Virus record (IMG/VR): IMGVR_UViG_2654587505_000001
Span: 102,614-166,613 of that record
Length of the DNA stretch: 64,000 nt
Source: a virus
Taxonomy: Duplodnaviria > Caudoviricetes
Strand: one strand, 5' to 3'
Shown one piece after another: positions 9,458 through 19,102 of this stretch. The first letter of the stretch is position 1. Every line of letters begins with the position of its first letter. The notes below the pieces were generated by a model, which saw only the letters and a list, made by a program, of their open reading frames with translations, did not search any database and was not told where the DNA came from. Position numbers and translations under genes: made by a program.

Positions 9458-9487
9458 AACAATGCTTTCATGAGGAAGTGAGTTAAA

Positions 9488-9649
9488 ATTCTGAAATATC
9501 AAGAGATGTACGAAAGAGCATGTAACTACCGTAAAGCCGCTGGAATGAGAGAGTTAACATATACTGAACGGATGGAAGAAAAACTATATTTTCTTATTGA
9601 TCTGAACAATCAATTGCTTGAACGACTTCAAGGAAAGACAAATGAATAA
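9488..9649 (+). CDS. Hypothetical ~53-aa protein, ATT/CTG start
   Basis: Open frame LKYQEMYER...KTNE* behind GAGGAAGTGA. Confidence 0.45.
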   Translation: MLKYQEMYERACNYRKAAGMRELTYTERMEEKLYFLIDLNNQLLERLQGKTNE

Positions 9650-9830
9650 AATAATAAGATACATAAATGAGAATGAGATTGACGATATGGTCACTGCAAT
9701 TGTAAAGAGTGGTAAGGATTTAAAAAAGGTACTCTATGACATTCGTATGGCACGAGTTAAATTTCAAACAAAGTCACAACACTTACAATGGGCATTGGAA
9801 AAATATTTACCTAAAGATGAGGAAGAATAG
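9642..9830 (+). CDS. Hypothetical phage protein
   Basis: Coupled ORF, ATG 9642. Confidence 0.6.
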   Translation: MNKIIRYINENEIDDMVTAIVKSGKDLKKVLYDIRMARVKFQTKSQHLQWALEKYLPKDEEE

Positions 9831-9831
9831 A

Positions 9832-10008
9832 ATGTCAAAATCAATTGGATTATTTACAAAGGAAATGTTAGATAAAGCTAAGTTTGATTGGTGTAACTTA
9901 AATGGAAAGTCGCTGCTAATCAGGGTTATAGAACAAGATGGTTGGAGATTCGTTTATGGTATGGAATCAAATAAGTTGTATCTTTTGGATCATAAGCTAT
10001 TAAAATAG
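9832..10008 (+). CDS. Hypothetical phage protein
   Basis: RBS GAGGA, ATG 9832. Confidence 0.55.
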   Translation: MSKSIGLFTKEMLDKAKFDWCNLNGKSLLIRVIEQDGWRFVYGMESNKLYLLDHKLLK

Positions 10009-10065
10009 GGTATTCGGATTTTGTGGTGGAACAACTGGAAATAAAACGTCAATTGAGGTGATAAA

Positions 10066-10326
10066 ATGAATCCAAAGTTTCAGACTATAGTAGATGAATT
10101 TAAGAAGCATAACGTTATATTCGGTGACGATGAATTGATACATGATATTCTCGAAAAAAGTGATATTTCAATTGATGAGTTACCCGAATTTGCTACGTTC
10201 TTAGCGGAGGAGTACGAAAGAACAAAAGACGACAAGGTAGAACAATTGCAATACGGAATTAATTTTATTTTTGAGACGAGAAGAGAAGGTTATAAAGTAA
10301 ACTACAGATCTAAGTATATCAATTAA
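10066..10326 (+). CDS. Hypothetical phage protein
   Basis: RBS GAGGTGA. Confidence 0.65.
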   Translation: MNPKFQTIVDEFKKHNVIFGDDELIHDILEKSDISIDELPEFATFLAEEYERTKDDKVEQLQYGINFIFETRREGYKVNYRSKYIN

Positions 10327-10407
10327 TTGGAAACCATTAAGATTCATTCCACCACACAATCCGAAAAGCCTTAAAATAGTGTTTTTATTGGAAAGGAGCA
10401 AGGAACA

Positions 10408-10638
10408 ATGTTTTGGATATTATTCTACTTAGTCACTGGAATCACAATATTGCTATTATTGAGGGGATATCAATATTTTTCACCACCTTCAAGACTGGTG
10501 CAGATTAATAAGGGTACATATCAATTCAAAGATTATATCGAGATGCCTGAATGGTTGTGGCGAATTATATTAACGATTTTTTGGCTACCCTACATAATTG
10601 CACTATTTATAACAATTAGAAAACATCCACCATTTTAA
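10408..10638 (+). CDS. Small membrane protein
   Basis: Two hydrophobic segments; bracketed by palindromes. Confidence 0.6.
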   Translation: MFWILFYLVTGITILLLLRGYQYFSPPSRLVQINKGTYQFKDYIEMPEWLWRIILTIFWLPYIIALFITIRKHPPF

Positions 10639-10677
10639 ATCCTACGAAATGGTGGTTTTATTGGAGGAAAATAAAAA

Positions 10678-10806
10678 ATGAAAAGAGTAAGTAGAATGAC
10701 ACCAGAAGAATTTAGTGACAGAGCAGATTTATTTTTAAGAGGAGTTATTGTGGGTGCAATAATTGCGGGTTCTGTTTGGTTAATTGCATCACATTATAAT
10801 ACATAA
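10678..10806 (+). CDS. 42-aa membrane peptide
   Basis: RBS GGAGG; GVIVGAIIAGSVWLIA; stop in palindrome. Confidence 0.55.
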   Translation: MKRVSRMTPEEFSDRADLFLRGVIVGAIIAGSVWLIASHYNT

Positions 10807-10821
10807 AATTATTCTTTCATA

Positions 10822-11016
10822 GAGAGTGAATGTGGGCTTGAGGAAATAGGTACTCACACATTGCGAAAGACATTCGGCTATCACTTTTACCAGAAGACGA
10901 AGGATGTGGCGATGCTGCAGAACATATTCAACCATGCGTACCCGTCGCTCACGATGAGATATATTGGTATCAATCAAGACATGATTGATAATGCAGTAAG
11001 CAAATTCACTCTTTAG
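10822..11016 (+). pseudogene. C-terminal fragment of a tyrosine recombinase (phage integrase family)
   Basis: GTHTLRKTFGYHFY...LQNIFNH...TMRYIG (HxxR, H, Y residues); no start, cut at palindrome 10803-10820. Confidence 0.85.
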
Positions 11017-11026
11017 GAGGGTATAC

Positions 11027-11281
11027 ATGAAAACGGTCATTAAACTCCCAAAGGATTGTACGTGCGGCGGCACTATATTTACAGATTCCATGTGCATGCC
11101 TTGTTTAAAACAAGCAGAGGAAAAGCTGCTTAATAAAATCGATGAACTTCAAGAACAGTTAGATGAGTACGAGTCTAGCTTGGACATAATCCAATGGCAT
11201 ATCCGGAATCCAATCTGCCCCGGCGGGTGCGGTGAAAACACTGCACATTGCCAGTGTTGTGAAGAGGAAGACGAAGAGTAA
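11027..11281 (+). CDS. Cys-rich hypothetical protein
   Basis: RBS AGGAGG; Cys clusters. Confidence 0.6.
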   Translation: MKTVIKLPKDCTCGGTIFTDSMCMPCLKQAEEKLLNKIDELQEQLDEYESSLDIIQWHIRNPICPGGCGENTAHCQCCEEEDEE

Positions 11282-11472
11282 TGCAAAGGTTTGAATATCG
11301 AAGGACTTGGGGGGATAAGAGTGAAAATTGATCAAGTTGAATACGAAATTCTAAAGGTATGGGTTGAAATGTTGGAGTGTGATGAAACTGCTGCAGTAAT
11401 CGATGAAATGAAAGGTTTGATTGCAGCTTATGAACAATCGTGAATACGGAAATACATGAGGAGGGTTTGAAC

Positions 11473-11679
11473 GTGATCGAATGGGTTGAATATGACAGGA
11501 ACAGCAGAGCGATTGAAAGCCACGTTAATCACCTGATTACGGACGGCCGGAATGTTTGGATTGCCCAACATGCTAAATATAAATACCGTGATGGTTATGG
11601 CTGGCATGAAGATAGAGAACCACTAAGTCTGCCGGTTACGCATTGGGCGAAGATCAATTTACCTGAGGAAGAAATATGA
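11473..11679 (+). CDS. DUF551-like phage protein
   Basis: IEWV...VTHWA pattern. Confidence 0.55.
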   Translation: MIEWVEYDRNSRAIESHVNHLITDGRNVWIAQHAKYKYRDGYGWHEDREPLSLPVTHWAKINLPEEEI

Positions 11680-11900
11680 GGAGATTGAGCAACATGGGCG
11701 GTGGTCGGTTCGAGTATCACCCAGAAGAATTAGATCGTAGGCGCGAAATTCGTGAAGATCGCTATGCAACAGCATTTTGCAACGTATTAACCGCAATTGA
11801 ATCTGAATTAGCCAAGTGTGACGGTGACATTGTAACGCGTGACAGTTTGGAAGATTGGCTTTATAAGAGATTGGTGCAGGAAAGATTGCGAAAGGACTAA
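11676..11900 (+). CDS. Hypothetical phage protein
   Basis: Coupled ORF with RBS. Confidence 0.55.
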   Translation: MRRLSNMGGGRFEYHPEELDRRREIREDRYATAFCNVLTAIESELAKCDGDIVTRDSLEDWLYKRLVQERLRKD

Positions 11901-11947
11901 GGTCAAATAAAGGCGGCAAGCCGCAAAATAGAAGGAGGGATAGATAC

Positions 11948-12136
11948 ATGGATAAACAGAAGTCAGCAAATTACACTTACAAACTCTTCTACGAAGATAT
12001 AGAGGACGGTTTCAAGGAAAAAGAAGCTGCAACGCTCGAAAGCGAAAATCCACTGGACGAAAAGTATCTCGAATACAAATGCAGCATGTACGCCGATATG
12101 TACGGACTTGGGTATGTCACTTGGCGCGAGGTGTAG
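11948..12136 (+). CDS. Hypothetical phage protein
   Basis: RBS AAGGAGG. Confidence 0.6.
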   Translation: MDKQKSANYTYKLFYEDIEDGFKEKEAATLESENPLDEKYLEYKCSMYADMYGLGYVTWREV

Positions 12137-12140
12137 ATAC

Positions 12141-12611
12141 ATGGAACTGATTGATAAACAGAAACTGCAAGAAATCGAGCGGATCGCAGGCTCCAACGAG
12201 TTTTGGGCGCTTGGTTCGGGCGAGCATCTGAACATGATCGACACACTAATTGATTTTGTCCACTCCACCCAAGAGGAGATAGCCAAAGAATCGAAATTAA
12301 AGCACGAAGCATACAACAATCTAACTAGATGCCACGAACAGATGAGTGATTTTGCTGAGGAAATAGCCAAACTGAGACGGCAACGCGACGAGGCTAGAGA
12401 AGGGGCCGAAGAGTCGCAAAACGATTACATCAATGCCAAATACAAAAACGATGCCCTTGAAGCAAGAGCAATACAGGCAGAACAGGAACGGAATGCACTA
12501 CTGGAAGGAATGAAGAAGATCGCAGAGTTCAAGAAAGGCGAGGCGCTTGTTTATGTGACGGAGATTAAAAACATCGCCCGTTCCTTCATCGCCAAGATCG
12601 AAGGGAAATAA
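12141..12611 (+). CDS. Coiled-coil phage protein
   Basis: RBS GAGGTG, start MELIDKQKL. Confidence 0.65.
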   Translation: MELIDKQKLQEIERIAGSNEFWALGSGEHLNMIDTLIDFVHSTQEEIAKESKLKHEAYNNLTRCHEQMSDFAEEIAKLRRQRDEAREGAEESQNDYINAKYKNDALEARAIQAEQERNALLEGMKKIAEFKKGEALVYVTEIKNIARSFIAKIEGK

Positions 12612-12690
12612 CCATATACGGCTACCGCTGTCGCTGAGTATTTCGGTCGACTCGAAGGCGGCAAGCCGCAAAACATAAGGAGGAACAAAG

Positions 12691-12903
12691 ATGCTATGTA
12701 AAGCTAGTGAAATTAAAGTGTACCTTGTAGTCGAATATGTTGGGAAAACGATAGAAGACGAGATAGAGGAATTCCTCGAAAATCACCCCAATAAAGTGAT
12801 TATCGATATCAAATTTGCGATCATGCAAAACGGTGAAAAGGTGAACGAGGTTTACCGCGAAGCTCTCATCATCTACAAGGAGGTTCCACATGGAACTGAT
12901 TGA
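12691..12903 (+). CDS. Cse60/DUF2758-like small protein
   Basis: IEDEIEEFL...IIDIKF...ALIIYK pattern. Confidence 0.5.
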   Translation: MLCKASEIKVYLVVEYVGKTIEDEIEEFLENHPNKVIIDIKFAIMQNGEKVNEVYREALIIYKEVPHGTD

Positions 12904-13237
12904 TAAACAGAAACTCATGAAGAACGAATACGAGATTCGAGGTGAGATTACGGCTATCTTAATAGACAGTCCTAAGTATGGACGCAAAGAGGCTTTAATC
13001 AGCACATCGGATTTGGAGAAGGTATCAGCGCTCGCCGGAACATGGCACGTGCAATACAGGAAGTCTATCAACGATTTTTATTGTCAGATGCATACCCCTT
13101 GGGTCAATGGAAAAAGAGACGTAATCCTGCTTCATCGCTTTATCTTGGACTCGCTCGACGGAATGCAAGTAGACCACATGAACAACCGCACTTTGGACAA
13201 TGGTACAGGAAGGTATGGAGTGGAAATGAAGACATAA
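12890..13237 (+). pseudogene. Truncated HNH endonuclease
   Basis: LHRFI...VDHMNNRTLDN then abrupt switch to unrelated sequence. Confidence 0.7.
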
Positions 13238-13351
13238 TTCAAGCATTAAGAAGTAACCTAATGTTTTGGTCGTTATTTTGGTGCGAGTCGAGGTGTGGTG
13301 GGCATCACAAATTCGTATTATCAAATATAAAATAATAGGGAGTTAAAGTAA

Positions 13352-13579
13352 ATGTCGTTTAAACAAGATTGTGTTGAAGCATTTATTGAAAGATTAGAAG
13401 AACAAAAGTTGGATAGTTACAGTATTGAAATTGCTAAACAATCCTTTATGTCTGGTTTTGAATTTGGATCATTAAATGGAGCAAGTGATGATATAAAGAA
13501 GGGAGTAGTAAATCAATTGAAACCAATTAAGGATAAAAAGGCAAAAGAAATAATTGAAAAGTTAAGACTCTTTAGATAA
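13352..13579 (+). CDS. Hypothetical phage protein
   Basis: RBS GGGAG. Confidence 0.6.
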   Translation: MSFKQDCVEAFIERLEEQKLDSYSIEIAKQSFMSGFEFGSLNGASDDIKKGVVNQLKPIKDKKAKEIIEKLRLFR

Positions 13580-13606
13580 TGAAACTTGGCTTCATGAGGA
13601 GGAAGA

Positions 13607-13825
13607 ATGAAAAAATACTGGGTTGGATGTTTTCAATTAACTCCATTTTATAACGATAGGTTACAAGAAAGTATTTTTAAAAATATGGTCATTACTGATG
13701 AATATCTTGATGAACTTGGAGACCAATTTCAAAACACAGTAGCGAAACACGAACGAGGATGGACTTTTGATGAGTGGTGTGCTGAAATGGTGGGTACATT
13801 TCTATGGGGAACTACCATCAAATAA
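13607..13825 (+). CDS. Hypothetical phage protein
   Basis: RBS GAGGAGG; between palindromes. Confidence 0.6.
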   Translation: MKKYWVGCFQLTPFYNDRLQESIFKNMVITDEYLDELGDQFQNTVAKHERGWTFDEWCAEMVGTFLWGTTIK

Positions 13826-13848
13826 AGAATTTATGAGGAGATGAAGAT

Positions 13849-14091
13849 ATGATAGATCATTTAAAGAAGCATTCACTACTATATGTGATTGGCATTATAG
13901 TTGTGGTTTTCGGTGTACTTTTTCCAGACTTCAGTATCGAAATTTACGGAGGATTAGCTTGGTTGGCAGTAATCACAAGCAATGTAGTTGGTTTATTAAT
14001 GGTTTACTGTGGGATTTTCGGAGGAACTATATCTTATACCTCAGAAGGCTTAATCCCAACTCTAAGACGGTGGCTTAAAAAATCCAAATAA
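13849..14091 (+). CDS. Membrane protein
   Basis: Two hydrophobic segments; between palindromes. Confidence 0.65.
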   Translation: MIDHLKKHSLLYVIGIIVVVFGVLFPDFSIEIYGGLAWLAVITSNVVGLLMVYCGIFGGTISYTSEGLIPTLRRWLKKSK

Positions 14092-14132
14092 AAGCAGCAA
14101 TTCATTAGAATTAATATAGGAGAAAATATAAA

Positions 14133-14396
14133 TTGAATAAGAGTGTATTTCTGTATGTATATGGTGGAGATTTTTCTGCACAGGATTTTGAGCAGAAGTT
14201 CAATCCAGATGAATTTTATGAAGCAATGCTAATTGAAGATGTAAAATATAAAGTAATCGAAGATGATGAGTCTTACATTGAAGTGAAAATAAAAGAATAT
14301 GATGGTGACATTAGCGATGAAGCTATTGAGTTCATCAAGAATTTGCTTTGTGATGATGATGACTTAAAACATAGTAATTTGTATAAGGTAAACTAG
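14133..14396 (+). CDS. Acidic hypothetical protein
   Basis: RBS AGGAG. Confidence 0.65.
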   Translation: MNKSVFLYVYGGDFSAQDFEQKFNPDEFYEAMLIEDVKYKVIEDDESYIEVKIKEYDGDISDEAIEFIKNLLCDDDDLKHSNLYKVN

Positions 14397-14435
14397 GATA
14401 AAGCTCAACTTTTATTAGGAAAAAGGAGAAATTAA

Positions 14436-15095
14436 ATGGTTTATATTGTAACAGTTGACAATAAGGGATTTACAAGTAGAGAAGATGCTTTGAAATATCT
14501 TGAGGAGAATTTTTTGATTGAGCAATCAGATATGAATGAACCTGATGAGATTGTAGCAAAGATTAAAAATATTCTTCCTGATGGTATTACAGTGAATCTA
14601 TCGTATAATACAAATGGCTGGGGTAAATACAAAATTGAAGTAGGTAATGATGATTTTATTATTGATACATATCTGGAAACTGAAAATAAAAATCCATACG
14701 GAGGATTATATACATCAATCGGTGAAGTAATTGGGTTTTATTCTTGGTCTATCCCTTGTGTACTCGAAATTCTAAATAAAGTAACAGAACGATACAAATT
14801 TAAACAATTCAAACTCGATAGGTATCATGATGATTACGGAAATGGACATTATTTTGAATTTCATTATGAAACTGTGGAAGGCAATTCATACCAAATAACA
14901 TATGAAGGTGGAAATATTGATGAATTCATTGCTCAATTTGAGTAGCATTTTTTAACTGAACTTGTTGGAGATTTCGTAGAAGCTCGTGATAATGGATACT
15001 TTGAAGATTATTGTATTAATAATATTCCAATTAGAGGTCTTTTGGAACGAGCAAGAAACATGGGTAAAAAAGTAAAACTAGAAATTGTAGATTGA
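14436..15095 (+). pseudogene. Hypothetical gene with internal TAG at 14943
   Basis: Frame continues 49 sense codons to TGA 15095, next to palindrome 15098. Confidence 0.6.
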
Positions 15096-15137
15096 CCATA
15101 AAATCGTGATTTCATTTGGAAAAAGGAGAAGTGTAAG

Positions 15138-15320
15138 ATGCAGGTTATCAGGGAGCAAACTGACTATATAGTAAAAATCTCTGCTGAAGATTTGAAGGAT
15201 ATGTGGTGGTTTTTCAATGATTATTTGATCGAAAACCCGTTTAGATATGAGGACAATGAAACAAAGTGGGATGTCGCTAAGAAATACACTGACTCTTTTA
15301 AGTTTGTGGTAAGTAAATAA
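15138..15320 (+). CDS. Hypothetical phage protein
   Basis: RBS AAGGAG; between palindromes. Confidence 0.6.
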   Translation: MQVIREQTDYIVKISAEDLKDMWWFFNDYLIENPFRYEDNETKWDVAKKYTDSFKFVVSK

Positions 15321-15351
15321 AATTGTAAATTTATTTGGAAGGTGGATTAAT

Positions 15352-15528
15352 ATGGAGTGGATTTTAGCATTAAAAGTTTTATTTTTATTCCTTGGTGTTT
15401 GGTGGACATTAGTTAATACAGGTAAGTTTTTCAAAAACAATGATATTCCAAGTTGGAATATATTTCTTCAAGCATTAGGCATCGTAGGTTTTATTGTTCT
15501 ACAGTTTGATTTACTTCAGATAAAATAG
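15352..15528 (+). CDS. 58-aa membrane protein
   Basis: MEWILALKVLFLFLGVWW...; between palindromes. Confidence 0.6.
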   Translation: MEWILALKVLFLFLGVWWTLVNTGKFFKNNDIPSWNIFLQALGIVGFIVLQFDLLQIK

Positions 15529-15556
15529 AGAATTTCATCCGAAAGGAGAGGTAAAA

Positions 15557-16024
15557 ATAATTGATCCAACTCAAGATGGAATAACTCATGTAAACATTTA
15601 TAGTCAAGGAAAAACTGAACTTGGTAAAATGCTTAGTAATTTTTATCGATTCGATATAGCAACCAAAGATGGGAATTTTAGTTCTGTTGAAGGTTATTGG
15701 TACTGGCTAGGCATTGAGGATTGTAAAGAGAAAGAGGTATTAAGAAACCTCAGTGGATATTCAGCGAAAAAGACTGGAACAGAATTAAAAAAGAAATACA
15801 AAGAAAGACATGATGAAGAGTTTCAAAATAAAATATTGAAAGCAATATGGTATAAGGTAAAAAGAAATGTAGGTATGTTTGATAGTAAAATTGCTGTGCT
15901 ACCATTAGAGCATTACTATAATTTTGGTGGCAAAGTTGTGGACGTAAAAGGAAAATACATATGGATGTTTGAAGGAATAGAGAAAATGAGAGATTATGTT
16001 TTAAAAAATACAATAAAAAGTTAG
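15557..16024 (+). CDS. Phage protein, possibly NADAR-like; ATA/ATT start
   Basis: IDPTQDGITHVNIYSQGKTELGKMLSNF...FSSVEGYWYW; frame open from 15557 behind AGGAGAGGT. Confidence 0.6.
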   Translation: MIDPTQDGITHVNIYSQGKTELGKMLSNFYRFDIATKDGNFSSVEGYWYWLGIEDCKEKEVLRNLSGYSAKKTGTELKKKYKERHDEEFQNKILKAIWYKVKRNVGMFDSKIAVLPLEHYYNFGGKVVDVKGKYIWMFEGIEKMRDYVLKNTIKS

Positions 16025-16061
16025 CTTCACGGGGAAATTAAAAAAAGGAGAGAATAAAATA

Positions 16062-16577
16062 ATGCCAAATTTATATCAAGTAGCTGAACAATATAGACAA
16101 TTTTATAATTACATGGATGAAGTCTTATCTTCAGATGAAGATTTTACAGAAGAAGATTTGCAACTATACTTTGAAACTTTAGAATCTATAGAAGATAATC
16201 TAGAACAAAAGCTTGAAAACACAATTAAATTCCTCCGTAATATTGAAGGTGACATTGAAGCATTTAAAAAAGAAAAGCAAAGACTTGAGCGTAAGCAACG
16301 ATATCTTCAAAATACATATGATCGATTAAAACAATGGATGAAAGACTCTCTTGAGTTGAATGGAATCGATAAGATGAATGCAGGAAATTTCAAAGTTCGA
16401 TTGCAAAAGAATAATCCTTCTGTGGAAGTGTATGATGTTGAAAAAGTACCAAAGCAATATGTTACTAAAACAGAAATCCATGTTGATAAGAAATTATTGC
16501 TTACAGAATTAAAAGAAGGTAAACAGATTGATGGAGTTCAGTTGGCTCCAGAAGGAAAACATATTCGGATTAGTTAA
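16062..16577 (+). CDS. Siphovirus Gp157 family protein
   Basis: NLYQ start, coiled coil, LQKNNPSV, VDKKLL...LKEG...GVQL. Confidence 0.85.
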   Translation: MPNLYQVAEQYRQFYNYMDEVLSSDEDFTEEDLQLYFETLESIEDNLEQKLENTIKFLRNIEGDIEAFKKEKQRLERKQRYLQNTYDRLKQWMKDSLELNGIDKMNAGNFKVRLQKNNPSVEVYDVEKVPKQYVTKTEIHVDKKLLLTELKEGKQIDGVQLAPEGKHIRIS

Positions 16578-16587
16578 TTAAATATAA

Positions 16588-16637
16588 AAATAAAATATAC
16601 ATAACTATTGATTTTAAAATGTAAAAAATGCTATACT
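16588..16637 (+). promoter_or_regulatory. Early SigA-type promoter (repeated family)
   Basis: AAATAAAATATACA..TATTGA..TGCTATACT; related copies ~24060, 31940, 32850, 38341, 44113. Confidence 0.6.
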
Positions 16638-16764
16638 CATCATGCAAGTGAAGGTGAAGAGTATAGCTTTAAAAAAGGAGAGTGAAAAACAATTCCTAAA
16701 AACATTGACAAATATACTCAAAAGTGATAAATTATACTCATAAGACATACGAAAGGGGTATCTT

Positions 16765-17415
16765 ATGAGTAATCACTATAAGCCACAAGAATTTGCTGAA
16801 ATGATCGGGGTATCAGTCAAGACCCTTCAGCGTTGGGATAGAGAAAAAACGCTTATAGCTAATCGTCATCCTTCAGGGAGAAGATATTATACTCATAAGC
16901 AATATGTGGATTATATAGGTGAAAGTCAACCAAAAGGTAAAGTCGTTATTTACACAAGGGTTTCCACTTCTAACCAGAAAGACGATCTAGCGAATCAAGT
17001 TGAATTTCTCAAACAGTATGCCAATTCAAAAGGAATTATCGTCGATGAGATATTCGAAGATATAGGAAGTGGGCTTAATTACAATCGAAAAAAGTGGAAC
17101 AAACTTCTTGAAGATTGTATGTTGGGTCATGTCTCAAAAATCTTGGTATCTCATAAAGATAGATTTATCCGATTTGGTTATAGTTGGTTTGAGAAATTTC
17201 TTGAATCTAATGGTGTAGAATTAGTTGTTGTAAATAACGAAAAACTTTCTCCGCAAGAGGAATTAGTGCAAGATTTAATAAGCATAATTCATGTATTCTC
17301 TTGTAAAATCTATGGTCTTAGAAAGTATAAGAAAAAAATTCTGGAGGATGAAGATATTGCTAAAATCGTACAAGACAGAGATCATATTGAACGAGCAACA
17401 GAAGAAGATATTTAA
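16765..17415 (+). CDS. tnpA: IS607 serine transposase
   Basis: MerR-like HTH (GVSVKTLQRWD), YTRVST, DIGSGLN, KDRFIRFG. Confidence 0.95.
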   Translation: MSNHYKPQEFAEMIGVSVKTLQRWDREKTLIANRHPSGRRYYTHKQYVDYIGESQPKGKVVIYTRVSTSNQKDDLANQVEFLKQYANSKGIIVDEIFEDIGSGLNYNRKKWNKLLEDCMLGHVSKILVSHKDRFIRFGYSWFEKFLESNGVELVVVNNEKLSPQEELVQDLISIIHVFSCKIYGLRKYKKKILEDEDIAKIVQDRDHIERATEEDI

Positions 17416-18526
17416 GCAAACTATAGGCGTTTGTCGTTTTGCTTATAACTTCTTTATTGCACACAACCAAGAGAAATACAAAAAATCAAATAAATTCATT
17501 TCAGGAATGGATTTTTCCAAATGGCTGAATAACGATTTTATTCCAAATAATCCTGAATATTCTTGGATTAAAGATGTGTATGCTAAAGCAGTTAAGCAAT
17601 CAATCATGAACGCCGATAAAGCATTTCGAAAATTTTTCAAGGGTGAAAGCAGATTTCCAAGATTCAAAAAGAAGAAAAACCAAGATGTAAAAATGTACTT
17701 TGTAAAAAATGATGCAAAGACGGTTATTCCATGTGAACGCCATAGAATTAAGATTCCTACTCTTGGATGGGTGAAGATAAAAGAGAAAGGATACCTGCCC
17801 ACAAATGCTACTATTAAAAGTGGGACAGTTTCACAGAAAACAGATCGATACTATGTCTCTGTATTAGTAGAAGAAGATGCTGCGTCTGAGAGTACTGATA
17901 GTAATGATGGAATTGGAGTTGACCTTGGATTAAAAGAATTTGCAGTAATATCTAGTCAGGATAGGCCAGTTAAAAATATCAATAAAACAGCAAGAGTAAG
18001 AAAAATAGAAAAATCTCTGAAGCGACAGCAAAGAAAACTTTCGAGGAAATACGAAAGCGCTAAGAAAAATAAAAACAAAAAGGAGGAAACTGCTACTAGG
18101 CAAAACATCCATAAACAAGTTCTAAAGGTACAGAAACTTCATTATCGCCTATCTAATATTCGAGAGAATCATATTAATCAGACAATCAATATGATTATAA
18201 AGCAAAAGCCACGTTTTATAACGATTGAGGATTTGAATGTTAGGGGAATGATGAAGAATCGGCATTTAGCAAAAGCAGTGGCACAACAATGTTTCAATCA
18301 ATTCAAAACTAAACTTGAAGTTAAGTGTAAAATTAATGGGATTGAATTGAGAATTGTTGATCGTTTCTATCCATCCAGTAAACTTTGTTCGTGCTGTGGA
18401 CATAGAAAGGTAGATTTGAAACTATCAGATCGAATTTATGTTTGCGATAATTGTGGAAACACGATGGATAGAGATATGAATGCTGCTGTAAATTTGAAAA
18501 ATGCTAAAATCTACAAAGTAGCATAA
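17357..18526 (+). CDS. tnpB: TnpB RNA-guided endonuclease
   Basis: GVDLG, IEDL, CSCCG/CDNCG zinc finger, DRDMNAAVN. Confidence 0.95.
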   Translation: MLKSYKTEIILNEQQKKIFKQTIGVCRFAYNFFIAHNQEKYKKSNKFISGMDFSKWLNNDFIPNNPEYSWIKDVYAKAVKQSIMNADKAFRKFFKGESRFPRFKKKKNQDVKMYFVKNDAKTVIPCERHRIKIPTLGWVKIKEKGYLPTNATIKSGTVSQKTDRYYVSVLVEEDAASESTDSNDGIGVDLGLKEFAVISSQDRPVKNINKTARVRKIEKSLKRQQRKLSRKYESAKKNKNKKEETATRQNIHKQVLKVQKLHYRLSNIRENHINQTINMIIKQKPRFITIEDLNVRGMMKNRHLAKAVAQQCFNQFKTKLEVKCKINGIELRIVDRFYPSSKLCSCCGHRKVDLKLSDRIYVCDNCGNTMDRDMNAAVNLKNAKIYKVA

Positions 18527-18689
18527 TCAAAAGCTAGTGTAGATATGTACCGTGGGCTACACGGGAATTTACGCCTGTGGAGTGTTGATGAACCTGTAGT
18601 AGCGAGTATTTGGCGAGGCAGAGCACGTTGAAACAGGAATAATCTCGATATGGGTATATTTGTCCATATTTTGAGTAGCAGAGTGAAAA

Positions 18690-19073
18690 ATGTTAATAAA
18701 CAATCAAATTGAACTACATCAAAAAAGTGTAGATTATGTTAAAGAAGTATTTTCAAAATACATTGAAGTGGAACAATTAGACTCAATTGTAACAAATCCT
18801 ATCATACATATTTATCCTAAAAAAGATACATATGAGCAAGATGGAAAATTGAATGGCTACATAGATGCATTGTTTTCTGAGTTTCATGTTTATGATACTG
18901 AGAAGAAGACCGTTTGGAAAAGTAAAAGATTGCATGATGGTATTTGTCCTTATGAAGATTTATATGTTAATCAAATTAAAATTTTTAAAGATTTAAGCAC
19001 AATGATTTCCTTAAAAGGAAAGTACATAGTAAGTGGATCGTATACGACTTTCGATATTTATAAATACCGTTAA
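18690..19073 (+). CDS. Hypothetical phage protein
   Basis: ORF separated from its RBS/promoter by IS607; stop in palindrome. Confidence 0.65.
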   Translation: MLINNQIELHQKSVDYVKEVFSKYIEVEQLDSIVTNPIIHIYPKKDTYEQDGKLNGYIDALFSEFHVYDTEKKTVWKSKRLHDGICPYEDLYVNQIKIFKDLSTMISLKGKYIVSGSYTTFDIYKYR

Positions 19074-19102
19074 AATTACGTTTTCATTAGGAGGTGATAA
19101 AT

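Larger units (their letters stand above)
11910..12673 (+). repeat. Two identical 19-bp hairpin repeats AAGGCGGCAAGCCGCAAAA
   Basis: 11910-11928 and 12655-12673, each just before an RBS. Confidence 0.85.
10821..13200 (+). mobile_element. Higher-GC segment from a different (probably small siphovirus-type) phage
   Basis: Visibly more GC-rich, lacks junction palindromes, truncated genes at both ends. Confidence 0.7.
16681..18681 (+). mobile_element. IS607-family element (tnpA + tnpB + omegaRNA end)
   Basis: Serine transposase and TnpB; structured 3' end ending TTTTGAGTAGCAG; AGAGTGAAAAA at both junctions. Confidence 0.9.

Noticed and set aside
10822-11016. Integrase fragment as the enzyme acting on the junction sites
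   Set aside because: Only the C-terminal 64 codons are present, with no start; it is part of the captured foreign segment
16681-18681. IStron (group I intron plus IS607)
   Set aside because: Only ~85 bp precede tnpA, too short for an intron core
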